Notes: generated by a model from the sequence alone, not told the origin. A stretch of 54,796 bases of DNA from Octopus bimaculoides (GCF_001194135.2 NC_069001.1:1012500-1067295), one strand, 5' to 3'. Shown: positions 27,105 to 39,015, counted from the stretch's first letter. Numbers and translations are program-made.

Positions 27105-27495
27105 CAGGAATCCACTTTTCCATGCTTGCATGGGTCCGATGGAATTCTTTGAGACACATTTTCTACAGCTTGATGCTCTTCCTGTTGCCAAACCTCACCT
27201 GTTTCCAATCAAGGAAACGTTGTCCCATGACCAGACATGTTTCTGTGGAAGCTTGGAAATGAGTGGCGTTCGTTTACAACAATCACACGATGTCAAGACA
27301 AAGAGACACATACACACACTCACATATATACACACACACACACACTGTAAAGTGCTTGGCATTAACAAGGGCATCCCACTATAGAAACCCCAAAAACAGA
27401 CAGCCAAGGCTGGTGCAGTCTTCTGGCTTGCAAGCTCCATGTCAAGCCGTCCAACACATGCCAGCATAGAAAACGGGCGTTAAACGATGATGATA
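27105..27495. mobile_element. Inverted pair of family C copies (about 27105-27310 minus, 27350-27495 plus)
   Basis: TTTTCCATGCTTGCATGGG on the left and CCAACACATGCCAGCATAGAAAACGGGCGTTAAACGATGATG on the right. Other family C copies at about 8083-8190(+), 20340-20570(-), 28570-28700(-), 33975-34070(-), 41990-42200(-), 43270-43400(-), 44040-44110(-), 51780-51950(-). Confidence 0.65.
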
Positions 27496-28897
27496 AGTGG
27501 TACACCGACCCCAGTACTTAACTGGTATTTTATTTCATCGACCCTGAAAGGGTAAAAGGCAAAGTCCACCTCAGCAAGATTCAAACCGATATTATAAAGA
27601 GCTAAGAATTTTGACCCATTCGCTAATGGTTAAAAAAATGTAGAACACACTGGATAATGTAGTCCTAGAATACACTCAGTTTGAATAAATGATTGCATTA
27701 TGGCTTTTGGAACACATTTCAACGTAGATCTACAGGGTTACGGTCGACCTGGGCCTAAAAAACCAAAAGACATTCTTCATTTGATATTACACTTCTAAAG
27801 ATAACTAAGGGAGATAACTCTTGAGACCTTGCAAACAGAATCATTCTAAATAAGCAACGGGTATATTGTGCAAAAGGCTTCGTTGCAGCTCAGTGCAGTG
27901 TTGTCGAGTAATACACTTATATTAAAAAGCATGAAGTAAATAAATTAAATAACAAAATATAATGAAATTCTATGGCTTAGAAGTGTACGCATGTCGTAGT
28001 AGGAAGTGTAAGCTGACGTTTTGTGGTTGTCCAATTGTCACCTCATTGTGTAACAAGCTTAAACCAAACTTGCAAACATCACTGTATAATGCTTTTATAA
28101 AAGAAGACCACTAGTTTTATTGGACACGTTTCCCTTCTCTTCCCGCACCCCCTTTTTCTTCTTTTTTCTGATACCAGGAAAATACAATGGTGGGACTGAA
28201 AGACATTAAACACCAAGCTCTTTTGTCTCATCTTGTACCAAAGACTGAGGCAAATCTTAAATTTTGATATTCATCTTGAGGATAAGGCAGCTGGCACAAT
28301 CGTCAGAGCACCGGGAAAAAACGCTTCACAGTCTTCTGTTCATCTTTATGGTCTGAGTTCAAATTCCACCGACCTCAACTTTGTCTCACAACATTTTGGG
28401 GTCAATAAAATAAGTACCAGTTGATTTCTGGGGTTGATGTAATCAACTTAACTCCTGCCCTCATCTTGCTGGCTTTGTGCCAAAATTTGTAACCAATATT
28501 TATTTTGAGGTTTCTGAAAATTCAACAGTCATCTAAGAAATATAGGCATGGCTAGGGGTGCAGTAATGGCTAGTTTCTACAGCTGCATGCCCTTCCTAAT
28601 GCCAATCCCTTTATAGAATGTTCTGGGTGCTTTTTATGTGGAACCAGCTCCAGTGAGGTCACCAAGAATGTTGCAAGACAAGACCACTAAAATGGGGTTG
28701 GGGAAATACTATTGAGGGAAAGGGATTTATGCCAGGTGATAAAGGGACAAAAACAGGTTTTTTACTACAGAGGAGATACATGGCTACCTCTGTTGGAAAA
28801 GAAACATCTATACATTAATTATAATTAATTAACATTAATTATAATTATTATATTAACTAAAATTAATTAACATATTAATTATAATTAACAAACTCAC

Positions 28898-28966
28898 CAC
28901 TATCTGATTGTTCACTTGAATCACTTCATCTCCTTTCATAATCTTGCCACTAAGTTTGGCAGGCGA
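28898..28966 (-). CDS. cnk: CNK exon, PDZ (69 bp, phase 0 to 0)
   Basis: Acceptor ctacatttcag|TCG, donor GTG|gtgagt. SPAKLSGKIMKGDEVIQVNNQIV contains the classic PDZ SPA...G.I..GDE.IQVN motif. Confidence 0.93.
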
Positions 28967-29835
28967 CTGAAATGTAGAAGAAGATGGTCTCAGAAAGGAA
29001 TTACATGTTTAGAGGTGATACATGTATGGCTGTGTGTGTGGGGGGGAGGGGGGAGTCCAGGGTTTCTACAGTTTAAGTTTATAGTCACATGTGTACTAGT
29101 TTGCATTGGTGCATAGAGGCGTGTGTGTGTGTGCGCTTGTATACATGGAACCGTGTGTCTATGTATGTATGTATACATACAGTCTCTTTTCTGTAAGTAT
29201 ACTGTATTGCAGTATGTACTAGTTTATGGATTTATTTCTTTGTTTATACCGGTTTGTATTGTGTATCATGTATGTGTGTGAGGAGAAAAACTGAATAGTT
29301 GGTAAAGGCATAAAAAATATCTGAGCACACACACACGAATAAAAAGTGGGAAATGGTAAAACTTGTCTTCGAATCAGCCAGTAAAAAGCTTCAGTAAAGA
29401 CAAGATAAACCCTGTGGATGAAGTAAACCTGAAGCGTGATTGCTGTTCACCGAAGTGGATTTATGCAAGGGAGACAATCGTGTCAGAACAACTGGATATT
29501 TAGGATCTGGCGGCTCGAGCGAATAGTCAGAGACTCTCTGAGTAGGTTTTAACTAATGTAGTTGTTCCAGTGGTAATGTGGTGTTGAGGTGGCAGTGGTT
29601 GTAGTGTTATTGGTGCTGCAGTAGTAGTGTTGGTGACGTTGTGCTTGCAATGCCCATGGTGTTGTGGCTGCAGTGTTGGTGGTGTTGAGATGACAGTGTT
29701 GATGGTATAGTACCAGTGCTGTTGTGGTGACAGTAGCAATCAAATTGTAGTGGTAGTGTTAACAGTTTTGCGATTGCAGTGTTGGCGGCGGCGGTGGCGG
29801 TGGTGGTGTTCTTAGAAATTCGATATGTCACTTAC

Positions 29836-29892
29836 CAGTTCCTTGATGTCCCCAATAACATGGATGCCATGATAAGACACAATGTGAAGGCC
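29836..29892 (-). CDS. cnk: CNK exon, PDZ (57 bp, phase 0 to 0)
   Basis: Acceptor tattttag|GGC, donor CTG|gtaagt. GLHIVSYHGIHVIGDIKEL, like the CNK PDZ betaB-betaC strands (G..I.S...G.HVI). Confidence 0.88.
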
Positions 29893-29941
29893 CTAAAATA
29901 GGACAGAGACACAATCAGTGATTAATTAAATGAATTAAACA

Positions 29942-29994
<53 letters not shown>

Positions 29995-30089
29995 ATGCAG
30001 TCGTTAATTCTGTATCAATGCTAAAATCACCAAAATTAGTAATCTGAAGAATATTCAAATATTCAAATAATTTGGGTCACAATACATTC

Positions 30090-30510
30090 TTATTTCAGTC
30101 GTAAGACTGCGGCCCTGCTGGGGCACCACGTTTAACGGCTTAGTCGAACAAACTGACCCCAGTACTTATTCTATCGGTCTCTTTTGGCCAAGCCACTAAG
30201 TTATAGGGATATAAACACACACACACATATGTATATGCATTAGGCTTCTTTCAAATTCCATGTACCAAATCCACTGGCAAAGCTTGGTTGGCCCTGAGGC
30301 TATAGTATAAGGTGCCATGCAGTGAGACTGAACCCAGGACCAAGTGATGGAAAACAAGCTTCTTAACTACATGGCTATGCTGAGATTTTGCAACTAAAGT
30401 GTTCTGTGTGGTACCTTGGGCAAGTATCTTCTACTACAGCTTCAAGGCAACCAGTGCCATGTGAGTGAATTTGGTAAATGGAAACTGTATAGAAGCCCAT
30501 TGTATATATT
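30090..30510. mobile_element. Head-to-head pair of family A SINEs (about 30090-30380 minus, 30400-30510 plus)
   Basis: GGCTTCTTTCAAATTCCATGTACCAAATCCAC (reverse) faces GTGAGTGAATTTGGTAAATGGAAACTGTATAGAAGCCC (forward) inside the CNK intron 29893-30706. Confidence 0.7.
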
Positions 30511-30706
30511 TATGTATATATTTGTATATATTTATGATGAGATTGTTTATCTTTTTTTAGAATGACATTGTAGGATAGGTGCGAGAGGCCAGATCTGGCC
30601 AGTTTAAACATAAAACAAGTAAACTATTTTGGCTGGATATGATAATGAAATAGAACAAAAAAAACTATTTTAGTCAAAATAAAGAGAGAAGGGTTGATGC
30701 ACTTAC

Positions 30707-30826
30707 CAATGTTTTTTCATCTGGTTTCTTAGTAATGGTGGCAAGTTCCAATGAAGCTGGTTGGAATTCTAAAGGATCTTTTGACTTAGTCACAATGTCA
30801 TCACAAATAGTTGCTAGAGATGCACA
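30707..30826 (-). CDS. cnk: CNK exon, CRIC-PDZ linker and PDZ start (120 bp, phase 0 to 0)
   Basis: Acceptor tttgtttcag|TGT, donor TTG|gtaagt. CASLATICDDIVTKSKDPLEFQPASLELATITKKPDEKTL (CNK C..L..ICD.I...S.DPL..Q.A.LE motif). Not in the ORF track. Confidence 0.9.
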
Positions 30827-30899
30827 CTGAAACAAAAAATATTAAATTGACAGAGATTCTCACTTGCTTTCAAACAGATTGTCATTGGTTCTTTTAATG

Positions 30900-31500
30900 T
30901 CTCTTGTTTCAATCCTTGGAATATGCCATACTGGAGCATTGCCTTGAAGAGTTTCAGTCGAACAAATTAACAAGACTTTAAATTTTTTTTTTTTTAAGCT
31001 GGTATCTTTTGCTGAACTGGGGATGTAAACAAACCAACACCAGTTGTTAAGCAGTGGTGAGAGAAAAACACAAGTATATAAATATGTTTTACAATGGGCT
31101 TCCACAGTTTCCATCCCCCAAATTCATTCAGAAGGCACTGATTGCCCAGGAGTTTCAGTAAAAGGCTCCATGCAGTGGGACTGAACTCTAAACCACATGA
31201 AAACAATGCAAGCTTCTTAACCACACAGCCATGTCTGGGCTTATGCAGAACAAAGGAAATAAATTCCCAGCCACACTGTTCCAGGTTCAGTCCCACTGCA
31301 TGGCACCTTGGGCAAGTGCCTTCTACCATGGCCCCAGGCCAACCAAAGCATTGTGAGTGGATTTGAAAGATGGAAACTGAAAGAAGCCCATTGTGTGTAT
31401 GTGTGTGTCTTTGTTTTCCTCCCATCACTGCTTGACAACCGATGTTGCAAATTTTTTACACCCCTGTTACTTAGCAACTGATGACTAAAAGCCCATAAAA
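30900..31500. mobile_element. Head-to-head pair of family A SINEs (about 30900-31235 minus, 31270-31500 plus)
   Basis: TGCAGTGGGACTGAAC (about 31161) and GTTCAGTCCCACTGCA (about 31285) are perfect reverse complements, and the downstream bodies are also complementary. The pair fills most of CNK intron 30827-31560. Confidence 0.8.
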
Positions 31501-31560
31501 ACCTTTTATCAGAATAAAAGCATAACCCATACATGTATGCATATCGCTATATATACTCAC

Positions 31561-31693
31561 AGATTTCAGCATGGAGTTTTCATAATCTTGAATTTTATTC
31601 TTACAGGGAAGGGAGATGTCCAACAACTGAAGTCCCAACTTCACAATCGACTTGCGAAATAACTGTAGGTCGTACATCCCTTCAAATGGAGAC
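31561..31693 (-). CDS. cnk: CNK exon, CRIC C-terminal part (133 bp, phase 2 to 0)
   Basis: Acceptor ttttcag|G, donor TCT|gtgagt. Completes WLDR and continues SPFEGMYDLQLFRKSIVKLGLQLLDISLPCKNKIQDYENSMLKS; the WLDR-SPF junction is characteristic of CNK. Confidence 0.88.
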
Positions 31694-32456
31694 CTGAAAA
31701 GATTAAGGACAAAAAGAACTTAATAAACAGGAACAAACCAGATGGAGGACAATATTTGTAATTAAAATGTATGCAGTGGTAGTGCAGGGCTAATAAGTAC
31801 AAAATTGTTTGACCAATTAAGCAGTGTTGTTGTTGTTGTTCTTGCTTAGTGCCAGGTTAAACCCAATTCAGTAGATCCGTGATCAAAGATGTTCCAGTTT
31901 CCACCATCCCATTTAAGAATCTAAAATAAGTCAATTCGAGGAATTTAGTTGATCAAACAAGTGAATCCTTGTCAGCAAACAATTGAGATATATGACCACC
32001 ACTACCAACACCACCACCACCACCACCACCATCATCACTGCTACCAGTACAACTGTTGCTGCCGCCACCACCACAACCATTAGTGTTTCTGACACTCATG
32101 TTAAAACCATTGAAAGTATCATTAACATTCTACAAGTAATTCTACCACTTGATGAGGTCAAAGGTAATTCTATCATTCAATAAGTGTATTCACAGTCTGG
32201 AACTTCTAAATTGGTTCTCAAATAACCTCTGGGTTTCGTTCTAAAGTCAAAAGCATGATTTGAAAACAGGAAACATATATAAGCTGACACAAGTGTTGGC
32301 ATGGTTGTGTAGTTAAGAAGCTCATTTTGCAACTGTATGGTTTTAAGTTCAGTCCCACTATAACGCACCTTGTTCAAATGTCTTCTTTTATAACTCCTGG
32401 GCTGATCAAAGCTTTGTTAGTGGATTTGGTAAAGAGAAACTGTGTGGAAAAACCAT

Positions 32457-32495
<39 letters not shown>

Positions 32496-32635
32496 NNNNN
32501 NNNNNNNNNNNNNNNNNNNNNNNNNNNNNNNNNNNNNNNNNNNNNNNNNNNNNNNNNNNNNNNNNNNNNNNNNNNNNNNNNNNNNNNNNNNNNNNNNNNN
32601 NNNNNNNNNNNNNNNGTGTGTGCGTGTGTGCGTGT

Positions 32636-32672
<37 letters not shown>

Positions 32673-32999
32673 AGTGTGTTATGGTGAGAATGGACTAGCC
32701 AAACTCATATAAGTAGCAGCATGATTGACCGAGAGATGAAAAATCACAAGAAGTCGAAAGATGTCGTTTGTGAGTTCATCGAGTTGCAGGAAATTGTTGA
32801 GAAGTTGTTATAGTGTTTTGAAAGTTGTTTTGGATTTGTTACGTTTGTTGGCAGAGTATTTGGGGATACATCAAATGGGAGACAGTTGGTGTCTAACAAG
32901 TTCAATGGTGTCGTATATCACACAGTGATTAATGCACAACACAAAAGTGATTCACAGGAACCATGTCATAAAAGTGGCAACAAGTACATCACAACAATA

Positions 33000-33240
33000 T
33001 ATATTTACATCATTTACATTTGACGGATATCTGTCCTCATCTTGTTTGTTGTTAACACAACATTTCGGCTGATATATCCTCCAGCCTTCTTCAGGTGTCT
33101 TGGGGAAAATTTCGAATGTGGGTTCTCATTCCTAAAGGCATTTTTCGATTTTTTTATTATTCAGGTCATCATATATGATTTTGATTTTTTCATGAGTTTG
33201 ATAAACAAACGAATTACTTTACAATAACATGTCTGTGGAA
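33000..33240 (-). mobile_element. Penelope-like element pseudo-LTR fragment
   Basis: Contains the CTGAAGAAG...CGAAA(C/T)GTT hammerhead-like module typical of Penelope pLTRs. No RT or GIY-YIG ORF is visible, so the assignment rests on this motif; boundaries are approximate. Confidence 0.5.
33054..33099 (-). ncRNA. Minimal type I hammerhead ribozyme motif (probably degenerate)
   Basis: Minus strand: GACAC CTGAAGA A GGCTG [GAGGATATAT] CAGCC GAAA TGT T GTGTT. Stem I GACAC/GTGTT, CUGANGA core, stem II GGCTG/CAGCC, GAAA core. The stem III palindrome ACGT appears as ATGT. Confidence 0.65.
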
Positions 33241-34918
33241 TACTCGGTCACATACATGTTAATTCAAGGGAAGGTAATTCAGTTAATTAAATAACTGAAT
33301 CCACCCTGTCAAATGACAGAATCCCACCACCACCACCTCTACCACCAGTATTTCTACAGTTTAGGTTCACCTATACCACGTAAGCAACAGTGGGTAAATG
33401 GAAACTGTAGCGAAGCTTGTTGTTAAGAGTGCATATGTCTGTGGGATATTCAACCACTTATATTAATTCATGATTTAATTCAGTTGTTGTAACTGAATGC
33501 TCGTTGTCGAACAATGGAGATCTGCTGCCACCATTCTGATCAATGTTGTTTAGCCTCCTGCAGTGCAAACATTGCCAATTCTAGGCAGATATCTTCAGGG
33601 GTGGTTGCAATCTGGCACAGGTGGCAAATAACAAAGTAGTGGCGTGTGTGTGTGGTCAGGTTACATAATCTAACATCCTGTGAATAGCAACACACAAGAA
33701 CACAAGTACACACACACACACAAGCACACATACAAGAATATATGCGTATACACAACAATACACACGCACAAACAAGAACACACGCACACACAAGAACACA
33801 CGCACACACACAAGAACACACGCACACACACAAGAACATATGCACACTTGCAAGAAAATGTACACACAAACACATGAATACAGAGACACAGAAAAAACAC
33901 AAGAACTTATACACTTCCATATAAGAACAGAGAACACACACTACCACCACTACTGCCACCATCATCATCACCATTTAAAATTCACCATGTTCCATGCTGG
34001 CATGGGTTGGGCAATTTCACAGGATCTAAGGGGTTCAACAACATGCTGTAGAATTGAACCTGAAACCACACTGCGATGCCTAAGCCTCTATTCATTTTTG
34101 TTTTAATTCTGTAGATTTATCTATGCAGTGCTTCAACAGAAGAACTGAATTCTCCTGTACAAAGTAGAGTTTTTCTCACCCCCAAACATTAAATTTCCGT
34201 GAAGACATTCGCTGACCCCATCTAAGTCCATGCATTTATTTACATCTTTAGCGTAAACAGCATTCGTATCCTTTCTTTCTTTCTTTCTTATCTCAAAGAT
34301 TACGTCAAGAAAAAAAAAAAGAAAATGGTGCAAGTGATATCAACAGCTGTACAAGACAATGCCAAGAATTAAAACACGCAGATAATGTACATGAGTCACA
34401 AAATTTACAACACAACCCCAGACTGCTGAAAAGGGAAAGCCACAGTACAAAGTTTTAAAACTTTTTGGTAATACGATTCTTTCTGAGGTTGACACAAGGC
34501 CAGCAATAATTTTGATGGAAAGAGACAGGTTGGTTACCATTACCCCACCCCCACCCTTACAATTCAACTGGTACTTATTCTATTGCCCCTGAAAGGATGA
34601 AAGGCAAAGCCAACTTTGGTGGAATTTGAACAGAGAATGCAATGAGTCAAAAGAAACACCGCAGAGCCTCTCCTCCAATGGTCTCATGAGTCTGCCAGTC
34701 CAATGCCTTGACTTTTGGTAATTTAATAAAAAAGAAACGGAAATCAGCAGAGTCGGTTGGGGTTGGTTTGTATTTATGACTTCATCTCTGTTCATCATCT
34801 CAGTGTTGATTTTTAGCATGGTGCTGTGCTGATGGTATCACCTTTACTGTTTCCAGACGTAAACATTAGACATAATAAAAATATCACAGCTGCTACATAC
34901 ATAAGATTATATATATAC

Positions 34919-34964
<46 letters not shown>

Positions 34965-34969
34965 CTTGT

Positions 34970-35158
34970 ATTCTTTGCTTGTTACTGTCATTGTACTGTG
35001 GCCATGCTGGGGCACTGCCTTGAAGAATTTTAGTCAAACAAATTGATCCCAATATATATTTTATTTAAGCCTATGCTTATTCTATTGGTCTCTTTTGCTG
35101 ACCTGTTAAGTCAGAGAGACATACACACACCAACACCATTAATGGGGTACAAACACTG

Positions 35159-35200
<42 letters not shown>

Positions 35201-35360
35201 GACAGGCTTCTTTCAGTTTCTATCAATCAGATCCACTCAGAAGGCTTTGGTCAGCCTGAGGTTATAGTAGAAACACTTGCTCAAGATGCCAAGCAGTGGG
35301 ACTGAACCTAGAACCATATAGTTGGGAAGCAAACACTTTACCACACAGTCACTCCTGTAC
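34970..35360 (-). mobile_element. SINE family A, near full length
   Basis: Tail ACTGTGGCCATGCTGGGGCACTGCCTTGAAG, CA/TA microsatellite, head CAGTGGGACTGAACCTAGAACC...TTACCACAC. Confidence 0.8.
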
Positions 35361-36204
35361 CTATGTACCATGACCATAAAACAAGAGGATCGATGTCAAT
35401 AGAGGAAACACGAGCAAAGAGAAAACTCCAAACGCTTGCACTGAAGTGACCTTTACCCAAGGCAGACAAGAGCCGAGGGGTTCCACTGAACCTGGGGAGC
35501 AATGAGACAAAGCCCAGAACCGAAATGCAAAGCCTTATCAGCACCGCAAGTGAAGAGAACACCTGTTGGTTCAGACCAGAGCGAAACAAGACACAGTTAA
35601 TGAGCGCCAATGAGAGAGTACGGGGAGAGAACGGGGGTGGGGTTCAACGTGGTTCTGTGAGTAGCAAGAAATAGCAACCAAATTTCTGTCACTCTCGCTT
35701 TCAAACTACAATCTGACAGTCTTTAAGAAAGAACGACATGTTGAACAATGCAATGTCCTCCTGGGTGGACTGTGCCAAGGAAAGGGACACAACAGGGTGG
35801 TCACAATCGGTATGTGGAACTGTGCAATCAGGTCTGACCTAGGGTTAAACAACAACACAATCATAATTGAGCCACATGAGATACACACACACACACATAC
35901 AGAGTTATCAAAATTACATCCTCCACCATCAACAAAATAAACATCAATGTTATCATCATCATCATCATCATCATTGTAGTTGTTACAACCCCCCCCCATC
36001 CCCGATAACAACTGCTTCTCCCTCTCCCTCCTTTCACCACCTCTACCAAACATTTATCTACATATCAGCCTCACCAACCATGCCTCCCACCACAACCACC
36101 ACCACTTCAAAGTGCAGCTATTATGTGAAAGCCAGTCTGAAGAAGACTCTATGCAGGCACTTGTTGATCTGCTAGAAATAGCAGCCAAATCTCTCTAATA
36201 AGAA

Positions 36205-36540
36205 GAATCCTTTCTACTAAAGGTACAAGGCCTGAAATTTGAGGGGAGGGGATTAGTCAATTAAATCGTCCCCTGTGCTTCACTGGTACTTAATTTATCG
36301 ACCCCCAAATGGATGAAAAGCAAAAGTCAATCACAGCAGAATAGAATGTAAAGAAGGACAAAATGCTGCCAAGCGGTGTGCTAACCATTCTACCATCTCA
36401 CCACCTTGATTAATAATAATCCTTTCTATTCTAGGCACAAGACCTGAAATTTTGGGGGAGGGGCCCAGTCGATTCCATTGACCACCGAAAAGATGACAGG
36501 CAAAGTCAGCCTTGGCGGAATTTGAACTCAGAACATCAAA
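36205..36540 (-). mobile_element. Two tandem SINE family B copies
   Basis: Same CCTTTCTACT..GG.ACAAG.CCTGAAATTT...GATGA.AGGCAAAGTC...GAATTTGAACTC signature. Further minus copies at about 38795-38960, 34560-34650, 27505-27590, 13490-13600. Confidence 0.7.
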
Positions 36541-37289
36541 TGCTCAGAATTCTAGGACAATATAGTTCATGATATTCATAAAACAGAGGGTTGGTCATGG
36601 TAACTGGAACACTTTTGGTCAGAGACCTGCCTCTGTCGACCTAGGGTTAAACAACATCAACCTTAGATGTTTACAGATCAGCCCAGCAAATTGCTTACTG
36701 CTCTCTCACTCACTCTCTCACTCACTCTCTCACTCACTCACTCACTCTCTCACTCACTCACCTCCACTCCTCCCCTACCCCCCCTCAGACCCTCAGACCC
36801 TGATAGCAGCAGTTCACAGTTATCAATAATTGGGATTGAAAAAATTATGTCAAGGATGGGGGGGTGACAGGGGGAGAAAGCGATAAAGTGGGATGAAAAG
36901 GGGAGAGAGAAACGGGGGGGAGTGAGAATACCAGAGGATGCATGGATGGAGGGGTGGGGGAATAGCAATTACAGATTCTGTTCTTCACAATCAGCTAATT
37001 AATTATAAATGACGTCCAACTGTTCAATCATGATGGTGATGATGGTGGTGGGAATGACAGCAGTGGTTATGATGATGATGGTAGTGGTAGTGGCGGTGAT
37101 GTGATAATGGAAAATTATAAACAAGACAGACAGAAGCTTAATATACAGCTGGCAGTATGATAACAATAATTGTTGTTATTGCTGTCAGTAAGTCCCAGGT
37201 CAACTAAGATCCAACAGATTAGCTGTTGTCTATCTGTCTTCTGTTTGTCTATCTCTATCTATCTATCCATCTACTTTTCTTCTCCCCAA

Positions 37290-37620
37290 ACAGGACTATA
37301 TCTATCTAAGACTACACTACCCAGCATGTCCTTTCTCCTTTTCTAAATAGCTCTCTTAGCTCCTCCAGTGTTTTCAGCACAACAAGCAACAAGCCTTCTC
37401 CAGACTCCCTAATCGCTCATCCTCCTCCTGGATCCAATCAAGGCCAACTCCTACCTCTATCACATCATCCCAGAACATACTGCACCACATCTTCCTTGGT
37501 CTTCCTCTCGGTTTCTTTCCTCCTCCATCACGATGGTAGCCTGTCTCTCCCACAGTAATCCAAGCAGATGGTCAGTAAGCCATCTCTCTACCACTTACTC
37601 ACCATGGCCTGCAAACTTCC
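37290..37620 (-). mobile_element. Degraded RTE-clade LINE 3' end
   Basis: Minus strand at 37485-37526 reads GGGKKPRGRPRKMW, matching the G.R.RGRP..RW motif near the RTE ORF C-terminus. It is followed by stop-ridden sequence and a (TAGA)n-like tail near 37250-37310. Confidence 0.6.
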
Positions 37621-38515
37621 CCTGCCTGCTCTTCTCGGCACCTCCAAATAGAGTAGCATGAAAATTGCCAAAGTAATTTTTGCCTTTAATTCTCTTCTCT
37701 GGTTTGATGAAATAAGTATCAGCCAAATAAATGAAAATCCCATTTAATTAACTCCTAATTAATTAACCCCTCCGATGCCAACCAGCCTGAGACTACCCCT
37801 GGCTTTATGATATAAGCTTCCTCTTCTAAAATAATCAACTTTAAAACATTCCATCAAAATTTCAGGTTAATTTGGATTCCAAACACCAACTTCATAATGA
37901 CAATGTTATTTTCATCAAATTCTTCGTTAACACATTTCTGTTGAGATGAAGAATTTAGTAAAATAATTGTCATTATTAAGCTCGTGTTTGGATCATGAAA
38001 TTTTGAAGGACAGTTTTAATATAGATTACTTAAAAACAGAAAGTCATTATAACAGAACCAAACCAGTTTCAAACAGGTTGGTCACAAAAGGATTAAGAAA
38101 GATTTTACCCAGTATTTCAAACAATCACTTAGCCATTTTGTGATGATATTTCTGTTGAAATCAACCATCTTTCTTTCAATTAATTTTGAAAATAATGAAG
38201 AATTTAGTAAAGTAACTCATTATTAAGCTGATATTTAGAACATAAATTAGCATGTAATTTCGATGGCAGGTTTTTTGATCACTTTAACTTTCTCGTTACA
38301 ATATTTCAGCTGAAAGACATGGGCTTGTTTTAATTAGTTTTGGAAATAATGAAGAATTAAGTAAAATATCTTTGTGTTTATTGAGTTGGTGTTTGGAATA
38401 TGGATTATTATGAAATTTCAGAAAGTCTAAACAATAGAACCAGAGGCAGTTTGGTATGGAAAAGGTTAAGGGGTTAAGAATTAATGGCCAAAGGCTAATA
38501 AAAAAAGACACTCAC

Positions 38516-38745
38516 CGGTCAAGCCAGGTCACAATTGGTTTCAGAGAACTGATAATATCACAGACTGCAGAGAGAATAGGTACAGAAATGGTTTGTTTTG
38601 AGGAATCCCGTCTGTTGGAAGAGACATTGCTCTTGTTTGCTGCTTCTTCAGCTAATTGTTTATTTAACACAGCAACCAAACACCGAGCTTTCACACTCAG
38701 CTGAAGCGCCAAAGACTGCAGGTTTTCAGATTCAAATCCATACCG
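38516..38745 (-). CDS. cnk: CNK exon, CRIC domain (230 bp, phase 0 to 2)
   Basis: Acceptor ttttttgcag|CGG, donor CG|gtgagt. RYGFESENLQSLALQLSVKARCLVAVLNKQ...SVPILSAVCDIISSLKPIVTWLDR matches CNK CRIC motifs (ENL..L, L..V..II...K.L..WLDR). Confidence 0.93.
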
Positions 38746-39015
38746 CTGCAAAAAATTGGAAAAAATTACTAAATTCTGATAATAATAGTTTCGAATTTTG
38801 GCACAAGGCCAGCAATTTTAGGGGGAGAAGGTTAATTGATTACATCCCTCCACCCCCATACTTGACTGGTATTTTAACAACCCACAAAAGATGAATAATA
38901 AAGTTGACCTTGGTGGCATTTGAGCTCAAAACAAAGAGCCAGAAGAAATGTCACTAAGATAAGGTGCAGTGTGGTGAGGTCCCTAGTTTAGTCCTGCCAG
39001 CTCACCACAATAAGT

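Noticed and set aside
33540-33630. ICLELAMFALQE peptide resembling the CNK CRIC LCLEL motif, as a possible alternative exon
   Set aside because: Available acceptors give the wrong phase or an immediate stop, and the frame ends in TGA without a donor. It may be a decayed transposase fragment.
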